DNA from: Clostridia bacterium | GTDB taxonomy: Bacteria > Bacillota > Clostridia > Christensenellales > CAG-138 | Direction: 5' to 3' | Assembly (NCBI GenBank): GCA_036654235.1 | Contig: JAVVSK010000001.1 | Span: 7,758-71,757, forward strand | Length of the DNA stretch: 64,000 nt | In this document: positions 50,153 to 60,271 of the stretch, piece after piece | Numbering within the stretch: the stretch's first letter is position 1 | Layout of the letters: every line of letters begins with the position of its first letter | The notes under the pieces: model-generated | Databases searched by the model: none | What the model was told of the DNA's origin: nothing | What the model saw: the letters and a program-made list of their open reading frames with translations, nothing else | Position numbers and translations under genes: made by a program

Positions 50153-50278
50153 TTTCTAATGGTAAAATGACGATTTATTCTATAATTATAATACTTAATA
50201 TCTAATCCGATTTCCTAATGGTAAATTTACGATTTATTCTACAATTATAATACTTAATATCGAATCTGATTTTCTTAA
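50153..50278. repeat. Tandem direct repeat, about 58-59 bp x 2 plus the start of a third unit
   Basis: tttctaatggtaaaatgacgatttattctataattataatacttaatatctaatccga (50153-50210) versus tttcctaatggtaaatttacgatttattctacaattataatacttaatatcgaatctga (50211-50269), then ttttcttaa. Confidence 0.85.
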
Positions 50279-51792
50279 AATACTTCAGAGGGATGGAAGG
50301 AGAATTGTTATAATAACTCTTAATTATCTCAATAAACAGACTAATGAACATTAGAATGCCTTATTTCATACATGTGTAGATTTAAAGCGAGATTTTTTTC
50401 AATTATTTTAGAATTATATTATTAGTTGTATAGATTTAAAAATGAAACACCCATTGATATGTTAGATAGTATCTGCTATGATGTGACACACGATCATGAG
50501 GCTAAGATTATGTAGGGTCTTATGAACGATGCCGACGGAAAGATAATCAGCGGAACGCTTAATGTTAAAATTGGAGATAGAACCCATAGCGACTAAAAAT
50601 GTTGAAGTCTCAATAGCTTTTGTATACGATAACTGAGGTAAACTCGTTACTATAACCTATTCAGATAACTCTTTATAATATTGCGGATAAAGAAACAATT
50701 GAAACTGAATATGTAATTAGCATGGATTATACTGCGAAATACATTCAGTCTATAATTTATTTTTATGTTGCTCAGGTATTACACTGATCATACTTATATG
50801 ATAGGTGTAACAGCCAACTTTCTTAAAATTAATAAGAAAAAATGGTTACCAGATGAAAGAATATCTATTGTATTTTGGAAAGGATGAAAGTGAAGATCCT
50901 CTTCATTTTTACAAATCCGGATCATTCAACCAAATTTTCTACCGATTCCGTTCCTGTTGACGGTATTTCTATAATGCCTGAAACTTAAATTTGCTAAGTT
51001 TTCGGAACGATTAATTTTAAGACAGTATTGAATCCTGAAAATAAAGAGCTTCTCAACATTCGACAAGCGATGCTATCCCAACCATGAATCTGGCAGAAGA
51101 ACATAAGCGTGATATTTAATTGCTCTTTCCGGGTTATAGTAGCGATTTTAGAAGATGAATTTACGGTGAAAGCGCTTATATTCCTAGCCCTTCCCGCCTA
51201 AGCCCCTGACTACTGGCGGTGATGTATCTTTGGAGATCTATTAGCCATTTGATTATAAGATTTTCCGAAACTGCTTACAGCGCATTGAATACTCATGATA
51301 TAGTCATAAACAATAGTGTTTTAATAGTAGCGATAATGAGTATATCTTTACCCTGTCTTGTAAAGGCGATTACCATATGTGCGACGGACGAATAAATGGG
51401 TAATGTTCGCAGGAGCTACTATGGGAGTGTTTACGGTAACTTTCTTAAACGTAGAGGATTCGCTAATAGTGATTTCGATAATAGAGAAAGGTGCTTACGC
51501 TTTTTATCTAATATTTCTATCCGCGCGTATTATATCTTCGTCGGAATGGATGAGATGTTTATGAACGTTAAATCCAAGAGCTGATTAAAACTATCTAATA
51601 CCCGGAAAATTGAGCTGATGCAAACGAAGACGGAACAACTAATACTGGCTACGCTAGAATGATCCTAATCTATATTTCCAACCATATATAGCGGCAGACA
51701 GTTAGCGTCGATATAAATAACAATTAATCAGTAAATATCGGCGATACCTCGACTATCCCGAACTTCATAGCATTCGACTAATAAAGGAGTAG

Positions 51793-51909
51793 ATTAAAGA
51801 CACGGAATCAGTTGCATTATTCGTAACAGCATTAGCAGCGCTTTGCACCGTATCATTCGTTTTTTCAGCAAACAACAAAGAGATGCCCGGAAGAGCATCG
51901 GTTCTTTAG
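51793..51909 (+). pseudogene. 38-codon stub of a further paralog (signal-peptide region) with start codon mutated to ATT
   Basis: AAAGGAG (51783-51789) then ATT AAA GAC... encodes IKDTESVALFVTALAALCTVSFVFSANNKEMPGRASVL*. Compare MKKFVAMFVAMLMVVTILPSAFAANNKTIAQKASS of 44655..49037. Confidence 0.5.
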
Positions 51910-52054
51910 TGGAGACCATGTCTATTTTTAGATGATGGTCAATTAAGTCGGAGCGACAGAAAAACAATATTTAAATTTCGCTTTTTCTTAATGTTATACC
52001 GGAGTTCGCGTTACGTCGTGAATAAAAAATAAAGGATATGAGGAAATACTTGAC

Positions 52055-55000
52055 ATGAAGAACTTTATCGCACTGGTTTTAGCAATACTTATGGTAATAA
52101 CTGTTTTACCATTCTCTTTTGCTGAAACCAATAAAACTATAATTTCGCAATCATCATCGCATATTTCAGAGTCTTTAAATCCTATTCAGAAACCATCATC
52201 AAACGATTTAGAGCCTTTAAAGTCTGTACAAGAGGGTGAAAAAGAGTTACCTTCTTTAGAAGAAAACCGAGTAGAATGGTCAACTGGCATTAATGAAAAT
52301 ATTCAAATGCAAACGGGAATAGTTGCTTCTAATCCTCTTAAAGTAAAAGGCTCAACCCTTTATGCTTTTGAAAGTTATCCGGGCAAAAAATGGATTTCAT
52401 TTGATACTTCGAATCATGCAAATATTACGGATCTATCTAACGTAGATGACGGACTTTTTTTTGCTGCCGAATATTTCCAGGGGAATATCTACGCTGTTAA
52501 GAATATTACTGCTGATAATTCATATGTGTTTGGTACAGTTGATCCTGAAACATATGTATTTACAAAAATTAGTGATAGCGAATCAACTCAGGGTCTTGCT
52601 ATGGACTATTCAACAGAAACGATGTATGCACTTTGTGAAAACGTATTAAAGACGGTAGATCTTACTTCCGGAACTTTTACTACGATTAATACTATAAGCA
52701 GTATGTCACAGGATACTTTCCCCATAACGTTCGCAATAACGACTGAGGGAAGAATGTATGCTATCGAAATTGGGAAGGGCGGTCTCTATGAAATAGACAA
52801 GGTTAGCGGAATAACAACTTACGTAGGTCCTACCGGTCTTTCTCCTAACTTCGCGCAGAGCGCCACTTTTGATCATGCTACGCGGACTTTCTATTGGGCG
52901 GCTTATACGTCGACCGGTATTTTAACGACGGTCGATCTTAAGACCGGTGCGGCAACGATCGTCGGTCCTTTAAGTAGGGGGGGCAGAGTTAACTTGTTTA
53001 ATTACGAAAAACGATAATGTCGTGCTTCCCGATCCCGTTCCGGTATCTGGCGTTGAGATTAGCCCCGTAGAAGCTATGATGCCTGAGCAGGGACGAACTC
53101 TTCAAATGTCCGCAACGGTGCTTCCTTTAGGCGCTTATATCTTAGATCAAAGCGTTACTTGGGCGAGTAGTAATACTGACGTGGCGACCGTAAACGAGGC
53201 GGGTCTTGTAACAAGCGTAAATTGCGGAGTTACGACGATTACGGTAACTACTAACGACGGTGAATTTACGGCAACTTCGACGGTTACGGTATTAACTCAA
53301 GCAGAAGCAGATATTAAACTGAACGAAGCGTTAAATGCCGAAGGCGGAAATTTAGTTTTTCGAAACGATACGGTATACCCTTGGGAACTTTGTACAGATG
53401 GAGATAGATTTTGCGCTCATTCTACGAATAACAGAATAGATAACTCGGAATCAAGCGTAACTCTCGATCTCGGTAGCGTTATCGGAGGCTCAACTCTAAA
53501 TTGGGATTGGAAAGCAAGTAGCGAAGAATACGACGGTTTAGTAATATACTTAAACGACACTCAGATTATGGGCGTCTATGCTAACGCTGAAACACCTTGG
53601 ACTAACGTAACATATACAATTCCACAAAGTCTTTCTTCCTGCGTAATAAGATGGAGCTTTTTTAAGAATAACATAGATTTTGCCGGCAAGGATATGTCTT
53701 GGCTTGATAATGTTAGCTTCGTAGCCGGCGAATCAGCTCCCGTAACCGGAATTACACTTCGCCCAAAAACGAAAATATTACTTACAGGGAAATCCCTAAG
53801 AATGAAATATAACACATTACCAATGAATGCGGATAACCCCAATGTAAGTTGGAGCTAAAGTAATACAGCCATTGCGACGGTTAATTCTAACGGTATTGTT
53901 GCGACTTTATCTGCCGGAGAGGTTACAATTACGGTTACGACCGAATCGGGGAACTTCTCGGATAGCGCCGTGATAACGGTTATGGATATGCCGACACCTA
54001 TCACCCATCAGGAAATGAATTATGTTCCTATCAACATTGGTGATGTTTGCGACTTTCAACTTGGTCTCGGAACTTCCACCTATATTATAAAGCCTAAGAG
54101 AAATGGTGACCCCGGTCCGTATAAGACATGGGCGGTTGGTTACAGTCTCTTTTTAGAGGAAGGAATGGGGGCAGGACTTGAAGCTTCCGGCAATCTTAGC
54201 AATGTTAATGCGGTTATGTGGGCATTTGACGAGGATTTTAACGTCGTAGCTTACAACGATGGCTTTAACGGCGGTCTTCCAACTCATATTGACATGGTAG
54301 CGGCTCATACGGGAACCTATAATATTCTTGTAACCGGCTTTATCGAATTTGTTACCGGAGCCGGTAGTTTCAGCGTTCTCGACTATGATCCTATCCGCGT
54401 AACCGGCGTTAGCGTTAGCGTTAGCGTTAGCCCTACGGATATAACTGTAGCTCTGGGAAGATATGGGGATTTAACGGCTACGATAACTCCCGAAAATGCT
54501 GACTATAAAGCCTGTCTTTGGACAATTAGCGATCCTACGATTGCATCTATAAATTCAAGAACCGGTAGATTATTTGGTTTAAAAGAAGGCACCGCCATTG
54601 TTACGGCGACGACGAGAGATGGTGGATTTACGGCGACATCGAATGTAACGGTTGCTTTCGTTCCGAACCCGGAATATGATGGTTTGCTTTATGGATTTAA
54701 CCTTGCTAATCCGGGCGGACTTCCTATGGGCTTTGTTAATATTGACCCATTGGACGGAGAGTCAATGCAATTGCTTAATCCGAATTTTTATAATTTATAT
54801 GCAGGTGAATATTATGACGGTTTAATTTATGCTTATGCTTTAGTAGACTACGGTATTTTCCAGGTTAAAAATTTTTATATCATAGATGCCTTAACTTGGG
54901 AACTTCAGGTGGATATTCCTATGATAACTCAGGTTTGCTATGATATGGCGTATGATTATTCAACCGATACAATGTATGGTTTAACGGATAATGCCGACGG

Positions 55001-56501
55001 AGTTAGAATTCTTGGAATAGTCGATATGGCAACAGGTCTTATAACCGAAATTGGACCTATAACTATGGACGAAGAAGAAAACGCCGTTACTCTTGCTTGC
55101 GATAATAGCGGCGTACTATATACAATAAGCAACGCAGGAATTCTATATAAGATAACGGATAAAACCACCCTAGCGGCTGAGAAAATCGGAAATACTGGTT
55201 ATAGTGTGAAATATGTACAGTCAATGACCTACGATCATATTGGTCAGTCTCTATATTGGGGAAATATTTCAACGGACGATACTTCGCATCTTTTGAAGAT
55301 TGATAAGGAAACCGGAGTTTGCCTTAGTGAAAGCGCACTCGGCGTAGGAGTTGCGGAAGTAACTGCGCTCTTTGCTTTAGCTAATCCGGATCAGATAGTC
55401 GAAACACCTGTTGATCCAATTCCCGTAGAAGGCGTTTCTATAACCCCGGAAATCTCGACTCTCGAAATCGGAGAAAAGATTAAACTTAAACCTATATTTG
55501 CACCGACCAATGCTAATGATAAGAGGGTTACTTGGTATTCGACGAGCGACGCTATCGCGACCGTAAGTACTAAGGGTATCGTAACGGCTAATGCTCCCGG
55601 TTCTTGCGATATCGTAGTGACGACGGTTGACGGAGAATTTACGGCGAAGGCGCTTATATCCGTCAATGTTATCGCTCCGAGCCAATTACCGACCGGCTAT
55701 TGCCGCGTAACGCTAACTAACCTCGATGTATGGGGAAATGGAATAGGTTATCAGATGCTTCTTGATTCGGCTCATTGTAGTTATGGAACGACGATTTCGT
55801 CTACAGAAGAATCTTTAACACCATCAGGCGACGTACCTCAGGAAATCTACGATCTATTTGATCATAAGATTCCAAAAAACGCCGACGGTGCATTAGATAC
55901 TCAAAATAAGGTCGTTAACGGAAGCGTTTCAATACTCGTTCCCGAAGGCATATATGATTTTTGCGTAGTATTGCCTATTCAGGGTGATAAAATGTGGTTT
56001 GCAACCAACGGATGCGCGGATGACTTCGTTATGACCGCAGGAAATGAATATACTTTTACTATTAGCCTTGATTCAGGAAGCGACATGTGTACATGGACGA
56101 ATCAATGGGTCGGATTTAGCGATCCTATTGAAATGGTTACCGTAACCTTTCTAAACTTCGACGATTCGATAATAGCGACTTCTATAGTTGAGAAGGGCAC
56201 TACCGCTCTCGCGCCTAACGTACCTATTCGTATCGGTTATACATTCATCGGCTGGGACAAAGAAATAACGAACGTTCAGACGGATATGACAGTTAAAGCT
56301 GTTTTTGAGCGTCTTGCAAACTGGGCGGACGTAAACGGCGACGGCGTAACCAATACGGGCGATGTTTCACTAATTTTAGCCTATTTAGTAAGAAAAGTAG
56401 AACTGACCCCTGATCAGATGATTGTAGCCGACGCGAATGGCGACGGAAACGTAAACTCGGGAGATGCGGCTACGACAATGGAATTTGCATTGGTCAACTA
56501 A
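52055..56501 (+). pseudogene. Full-length paralog of the giant dockerin gene split into three ORFs by one homopolymer frameshift and one in-frame TAA
   Basis: ORFs 52055..53017, 53022..53858 and 53970..56501 are colinear with 44655..49037 over the whole length. The frame is lost at the G7 run 52977-52983. A TAA at 53856-53858 replaces a Ser codon (NVSWS*SNTAIATV versus NVTWASSNTAVATI). The signal peptide and C-terminal dockerin are intact. Confidence 0.85.
54408..54431 (+). repeat. (GTTAGC)x4 in-frame hexanucleotide microsatellite (VSVSVSVS)
   Basis: Perfect four-unit repeat. Paralog 1 has no repeat at the equivalent position (TGVELDPET). Confidence 0.9.
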
Positions 56502-57483
56502 TAAGAAAACTCAGTGAAACTTTAATAAGCAAGTTGCAGTATTCGTAATTCCGTGCGGACATTAATTATTTTTTTACTCCGCATTTATTTTACGGCAATT
56601 GATATCGCTATGCCACAAAAAAGCATTGAGAACATATGAAAGATCTTTGCCGGATCTCTGGCGGAGGTCTTTCATAATCTTTATACTTACCGATTAACGT
56701 TCTTGTAGTACAACTACGATATATTATATTATTATGGCATGGTTGTTAGGGAGTCATATGTTGAACTCCCGAGATTTCTGATCGTGAGTAATTCCGCTTT
56801 GTCGACCGGAATTCAGATGGATACTAATATGTGCCCACTCGATGATATATATTAGGCATATGAATCTATTGTAAATTACGTGACCATAAAATTGAAATCT
56901 CCTGGTTAGGCGGTACATCTTAAATATCCAATATATTACAGAAAAGAAAATGCCTTTTTATACTGAAGCATACTTGTGTACGATGGCGAAGCAGCTAAAC
57001 TTTCATAGATAAACTCTTTTGCACGATGGAATGATATTTGCGGGTCGAGATGGTGATAATTATCTTGAAATTTACAGCAACCTCCCGATTAAGGCGATAT
57101 ACGCTATAATTGGCGACTCGAATAATGAACTCGGGTAGATATGGGCATGATTATTATGCAGACTACCAACAACTATGAGTATGCCGACCTAGACATTTCT
57201 ATTGGCGGCGCTAATTGCAACGGGTCGTGAAGACAGGTGATGCGGGCTTTAAATCACGGTCAAATAAACGTGACTTTATAGTTTGTTTCTCATGCGTTTA
57301 AAGGTGTGCTCCGGCTACTTAATGCGGTTCGCAATAATAAAATGAAAAAAATTTTTAAAGCTTTTCAAAGTTTTTTCTTAACAAAACTATTAAATACCCG
57401 CGTCTGCTTTAAGGGGGATATATCAATTTCAAGGTCTTTAGAATCAAATTAATTGATTTTAACGGGCGAAATTCTTCTTTGGA

Positions 57484-57512
57484 TTGCGTATTTTCTATTT
57501 TAAAGTTATAAT
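57484..57512 (+). promoter_or_regulatory. Candidate sigma-A-type promoter for the dockerin metallopeptidase-like gene
   Basis: TTGCGT (57484-57489), 17 nt, TATAAT (57507-57512). The RBS AAGGGGG lies 12 nt before ATG 57552. Confidence 0.45.
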
Positions 57513-57551
57513 TAAACATCATGGATCTTTTTAAGGGGGAAAAAATTTCTT

Positions 57552-59261
57552 ATGAAATATAAGTTTTTATATTTTGTTTTGTGTTTTTCTTTATTATGCG
57601 CCGCTGTACCTTCGCGCGCTATAAGATGCGACGGGGAAACAACTCTTGATTTTGACGGCAGCAACGGATATCGTGGAGACTATGTTCTTATATATAATTC
57701 CAACGAAACCGGCTCATCTAAGCGTACCGGAAACCTTACCGATCTTATTGAAACCGATATTGATGAGAAATTCATCCTGAATTCTGCAAACGCACCAGTG
57801 AATGACTCATTTAATTTAAATATGCGTCTATCGGAGCCTTTACATACCGATATTGTTTTAAAAAAGGCAGAGCCTAAAAAATCAGATCCATACACTCTGG
57901 GTTTTACAAAGCAATTTGAAATTTATGAATATAACCTCGGTATATACGTGCTAATGGATATGAAGGTTACAGCTGTTGGCGAACACTGCTACGTTTGGGA
58001 AGCCGTTGATCCGGAGCGTTATCCTCTTTCAGATATCGTTCCGGGTGCTGCTGATACTATGGTAGAGGAATTTGAATCCAAATATTCTCTTATGCAGGAA
58101 TCTTTTGGTGACTTTTACGATCCGCAGGGGCATGGAAGACTGAATCTTTTATTTTATGATATTCATGACGGATGGACGGAGGACACTCCCGGCGGCTTTA
58201 TAGGCGGATTTTTTGATGCGATGGATATGCAAAACAGTAATAAATGCGCGACTGTCCATCTTGACACCTATCCTACGATATATTATGAGGATGAAAACGG
58301 TAATCCCTCAACAAGATTCAATAGGGAATATTGCGGCGGTATACTTATGCACGAATTTCAGCATTGTATAAACTACAGTAACTGCGGCTATACACCCTCT
58401 TGGATAAACGAATCTATGAGCGCCGCGGCGGAGGAAATAACGTATCCCGGAAGTTCAATAGTAGGTAGACTTTTACAGTGGGAAAATGATGAATTCGATT
58501 GGATAATGCGGGATGATGGGAAACAGGTTCTAGCGACAAAGCGTGAGTTTAGAGCTGAAAGTAAGACGCAAACAGGGGCTTCGTTATATAAAATGTTAGA
58601 CGGAGCAGAGACGGGATATGGATATGCCCAGGTTTCAATGCTTGCGCAATACCTCTATTCTCAAAACGATAATTCGATTTTTCGCAGGATGACTGAAAAT
58701 ATGGCAAACGGAATAAAGGCGATGGATGCGATTCCTATGTCTATAACGGGCGGCACCCTATACGGGAAAACAATGTCTGAAATCGGTTTTTGTTTTAGAT
58801 TAGCCTGCGCAACTAACGATTATTTGAGTTATGACGGGATCACCGGTTTCAATTCCCAAGACGGTTTTGACTCCGAAAAATATTATAATTTAGAAAGCCC
58901 ATATTCGTTGCTTTCTCCCGGTGTATATACAACCGGCGGAACAGCTTGGCTGGCTTCCGGTGGTTATGTTCTTATAAAGCCAAAGGGCGGGATCTTTTAT
59001 CCGCCCGATAACGCAAGCCCCGAGCTTTTATATGTTGGAATTACTATTACAGCTCCCGGTTCGATTAAAATGGGAGATGTAAATTTAGATTCACTAAGAA
59101 ATTCGGGCGATGCTTCGCTTATGCTTCTCTATCTTGCAAAAACGGTTGACTTATCATATTCTCAGATGTTATATTTTGATATAAACAGCGATGGCAAACT
59201 CTCGAGCGGCGATGCTTCGCATTTATTATATTGTATGTCCGGAGAGATACCGTGGAGCTAA
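57552..59261 (+). CDS. Secreted HEXXH zinc-metallopeptidase-like protein with C-terminal dockerin
   Basis: 569 aa. Signal peptide MKYKFLYFVLCFSLLCAAVPSRA. GGILMHEFQHCINYS (HEXXH) with a downstream NESMSAAAEE. The dockerin-like end is GDVNLDSLRNSGDASLML...DINSDGKLSSGDASHLL. Confidence 0.78.
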   Translation: MKYKFLYFVLCFSLLCAAVPSRAIRCDGETTLDFDGSNGYRGDYVLIYNSNETGSSKRTGNLTDLIETDIDEKFILNSANAPVNDSFNLNMRLSEPLHTDIVLKKAEPKKSDPYTLGFTKQFEIYEYNLGIYVLMDMKVTAVGEHCYVWEAVDPERYPLSDIVPGAADTMVEEFESKYSLMQESFGDFYDPQGHGRLNLLFYDIHDGWTEDTPGGFIGGFFDAMDMQNSNKCATVHLDTYPTIYYEDENGNPSTRFNREYCGGILMHEFQHCINYSNCGYTPSWINESMSAAAEEITYPGSSIVGRLLQWENDEFDWIMRDDGKQVLATKREFRAESKTQTGASLYKMLDGAETGYGYAQVSMLAQYLYSQNDNSIFRRMTENMANGIKAMDAIPMSITGGTLYGKTMSEIGFCFRLACATNDYLSYDGITGFNSQDGFDSEKYYNLESPYSLLSPGVYTTGGTAWLASGGYVLIKPKGGIFYPPDNASPELLYVGITITAPGSIKMGDVNLDSLRNSGDASLMLLYLAKTVDLSYSQMLYFDINSDGKLSSGDASHLLYCMSGEIPWS

Positions 59262-59944
59262 ATCAAAATAAACGCACAATATTCATAGTTGAGGACGATC
59301 CCGATATCCGCGAGATAATGAATTACGCTTTAAATAGCGCGGGATACGAGATTGTTGGCTTCGACAACGGCGAAACGATGCTATCCGAATTAGTTATGCA
59401 CGCGCCGGATTTACTTTTACTCGACATAATGCTTCCGGGAATGGACGGCTTGTCTATTCTTAAAGCTTTTAGAAGTGATCCAAAATTTTTACGTACCCCC
59501 GTAATGTTAGTGAGCGCAAAAATGACAGAACTTGATAAAGTTAAAGGTCTTGATATAGGCGCTGACGATTATTTAACTAAGCCTTTCGGGGTTATGGAGC
59601 TTGTTTCTAGGGTGAAAGCCTTGCTTCGCCGTACTAGGTCGGAGGAAACTGAACGTAAAACCTTAAAATATCTAAATATTGAGCTGGACGAAAATAGGCG
59701 CGTCGTAACGATTGACGGAATTCGTGCCGACCTTACATATAAGGAATTTGAACTTTTAAGATATTTTATTCTGAATATATCAATGGTTTTATCACGAGAA
59801 AATATATTAAACGCCGTTTGGGATTTTGATTATGAGGGCGAGAGCCGAACGGTAGATATGCATATAAAAACGCTAAGGAAAAAGCTCGGAGCTGTAGGTG
59901 AACATATAATAACCATACGCAATTGTGGATATAAACTAGAATAG
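59252..59944 (+). CDS. OmpR/PhoB-family response regulator (no cognate kinase in the window)
   Basis: Receiver IFIVEDDPDI...LLLDIMLPGMDG...SAK. Winged helix LTYKEFELLRYF...VDMHIKTLRKK...IRNCGYKL. I prefer GTG 59252 (GGAGAG 5 nt upstream) to the track's TTG 59231. Either start overlaps the preceding gene. Confidence 0.85.
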   Translation: MELNQNKRTIFIVEDDPDIREIMNYALNSAGYEIVGFDNGETMLSELVMHAPDLLLLDIMLPGMDGLSILKAFRSDPKFLRTPVMLVSAKMTELDKVKGLDIGADDYLTKPFGVMELVSRVKALLRRTRSEETERKTLKYLNIELDENRRVVTIDGIRADLTYKEFELLRYFILNISMVLSRENILNAVWDFDYEGESRTVDMHIKTLRKKLGAVGEHIITIRNCGYKLE

Positions 59945-59974
59945 ATAATTTTTATTTAAAGGACTTTATAAAAA

Positions 59975-60271
59975 ATGATAAAACATATAGTATGTCATAA
60001 GATAAGATTGGAAGAAGACGCTAAAAGATGCGCCGAGCTTCTAAACGGACTCTTCGGAAAAGTGCCGACGCTTCGTGCTATGCAAGCGGGTGTCGATGTT
60101 CTTAAATCTTCTCGTTCCTATGAACTTGGGATAGTCGCGGAATTTGACGATTTAAACGGATTGTCGGAATACGATAATCATCCCCTGCATCAGGAAACAA
60201 GAAAATATATTGCGTCGGTAAAGGACGAAACTTACCCATCGGTCGCCTGCGACTTTTATTTTGAAAGATGA
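59975..60271 (+). CDS. Dabb (stress-responsive alpha/beta barrel) family protein
   Basis: 98 aa. MIKHIVCHK...GVDVLKSSRSYELGIVAEFDDLNGLSEYDNHPLHQ is the Dabb pattern. Confidence 0.78.
   Translation: MIKHIVCHKIRLEEDAKRCAELLNGLFGKVPTLRAMQAGVDVLKSSRSYELGIVAEFDDLNGLSEYDNHPLHQETRKYIASVKDETYPSVACDFYFER

Larger units (their letters stand above)
49475..51781 (+). pseudogene. Heavily eroded, AT-drifted partial paralog (C-terminal roughly 740-aa equivalent) of the giant dockerin gene, interrupted by foreign DNA
   Basis: Hand alignment to 47000-49037. Examples: ctatcagcgatcttatcgttgcttctgttgagctaaaacgg versus ctatcagcgatccgacgattgcttctattaatgctaagacgg. DYTAKYIQSIIYFYVAQ versus GYTAKYVQSMTYDHVGQ. SVPVDGISIMPET versus PVPVEGVSIMPET. 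A dockerin ghost is present, and even the terminal stop at 51779-51781 is recognisable. There are dozens of stops and indels. Confidence 0.75.

Noticed and set aside
50153-50278. Tandem 58-bp repeat as a CRISPR array
   Set aside because: There are only two and a bit units, directly abutting without spacers. The units are too long and AT-rich, and there are no cas genes in the window.
51379-51584. Two 61-62-aa ORFs
   Set aside because: They are chance open stretches inside the eroded paralog, and homology to paralog 1 runs across their boundaries in changing frames.
44655-56501. Diversity-generating retroelement (template/variable repeat pair) as an explanation for the diverged paralogs
   Set aside because: There is no reverse transcriptase gene nearby. 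The only RT-related sequence is the intron maturase scrap at 40.8-41.2 kb, which lacks the RT domain. Differences between copies are spread over the whole length and are not confined to adenine positions.
59231-59251. TTG 59231 as start of the response regulator
   Set aside because: It has no RBS in front. GTG 59252 has GGAGAG at 5-nt spacing and gives a normal receiver N-terminus. This remains uncertain.
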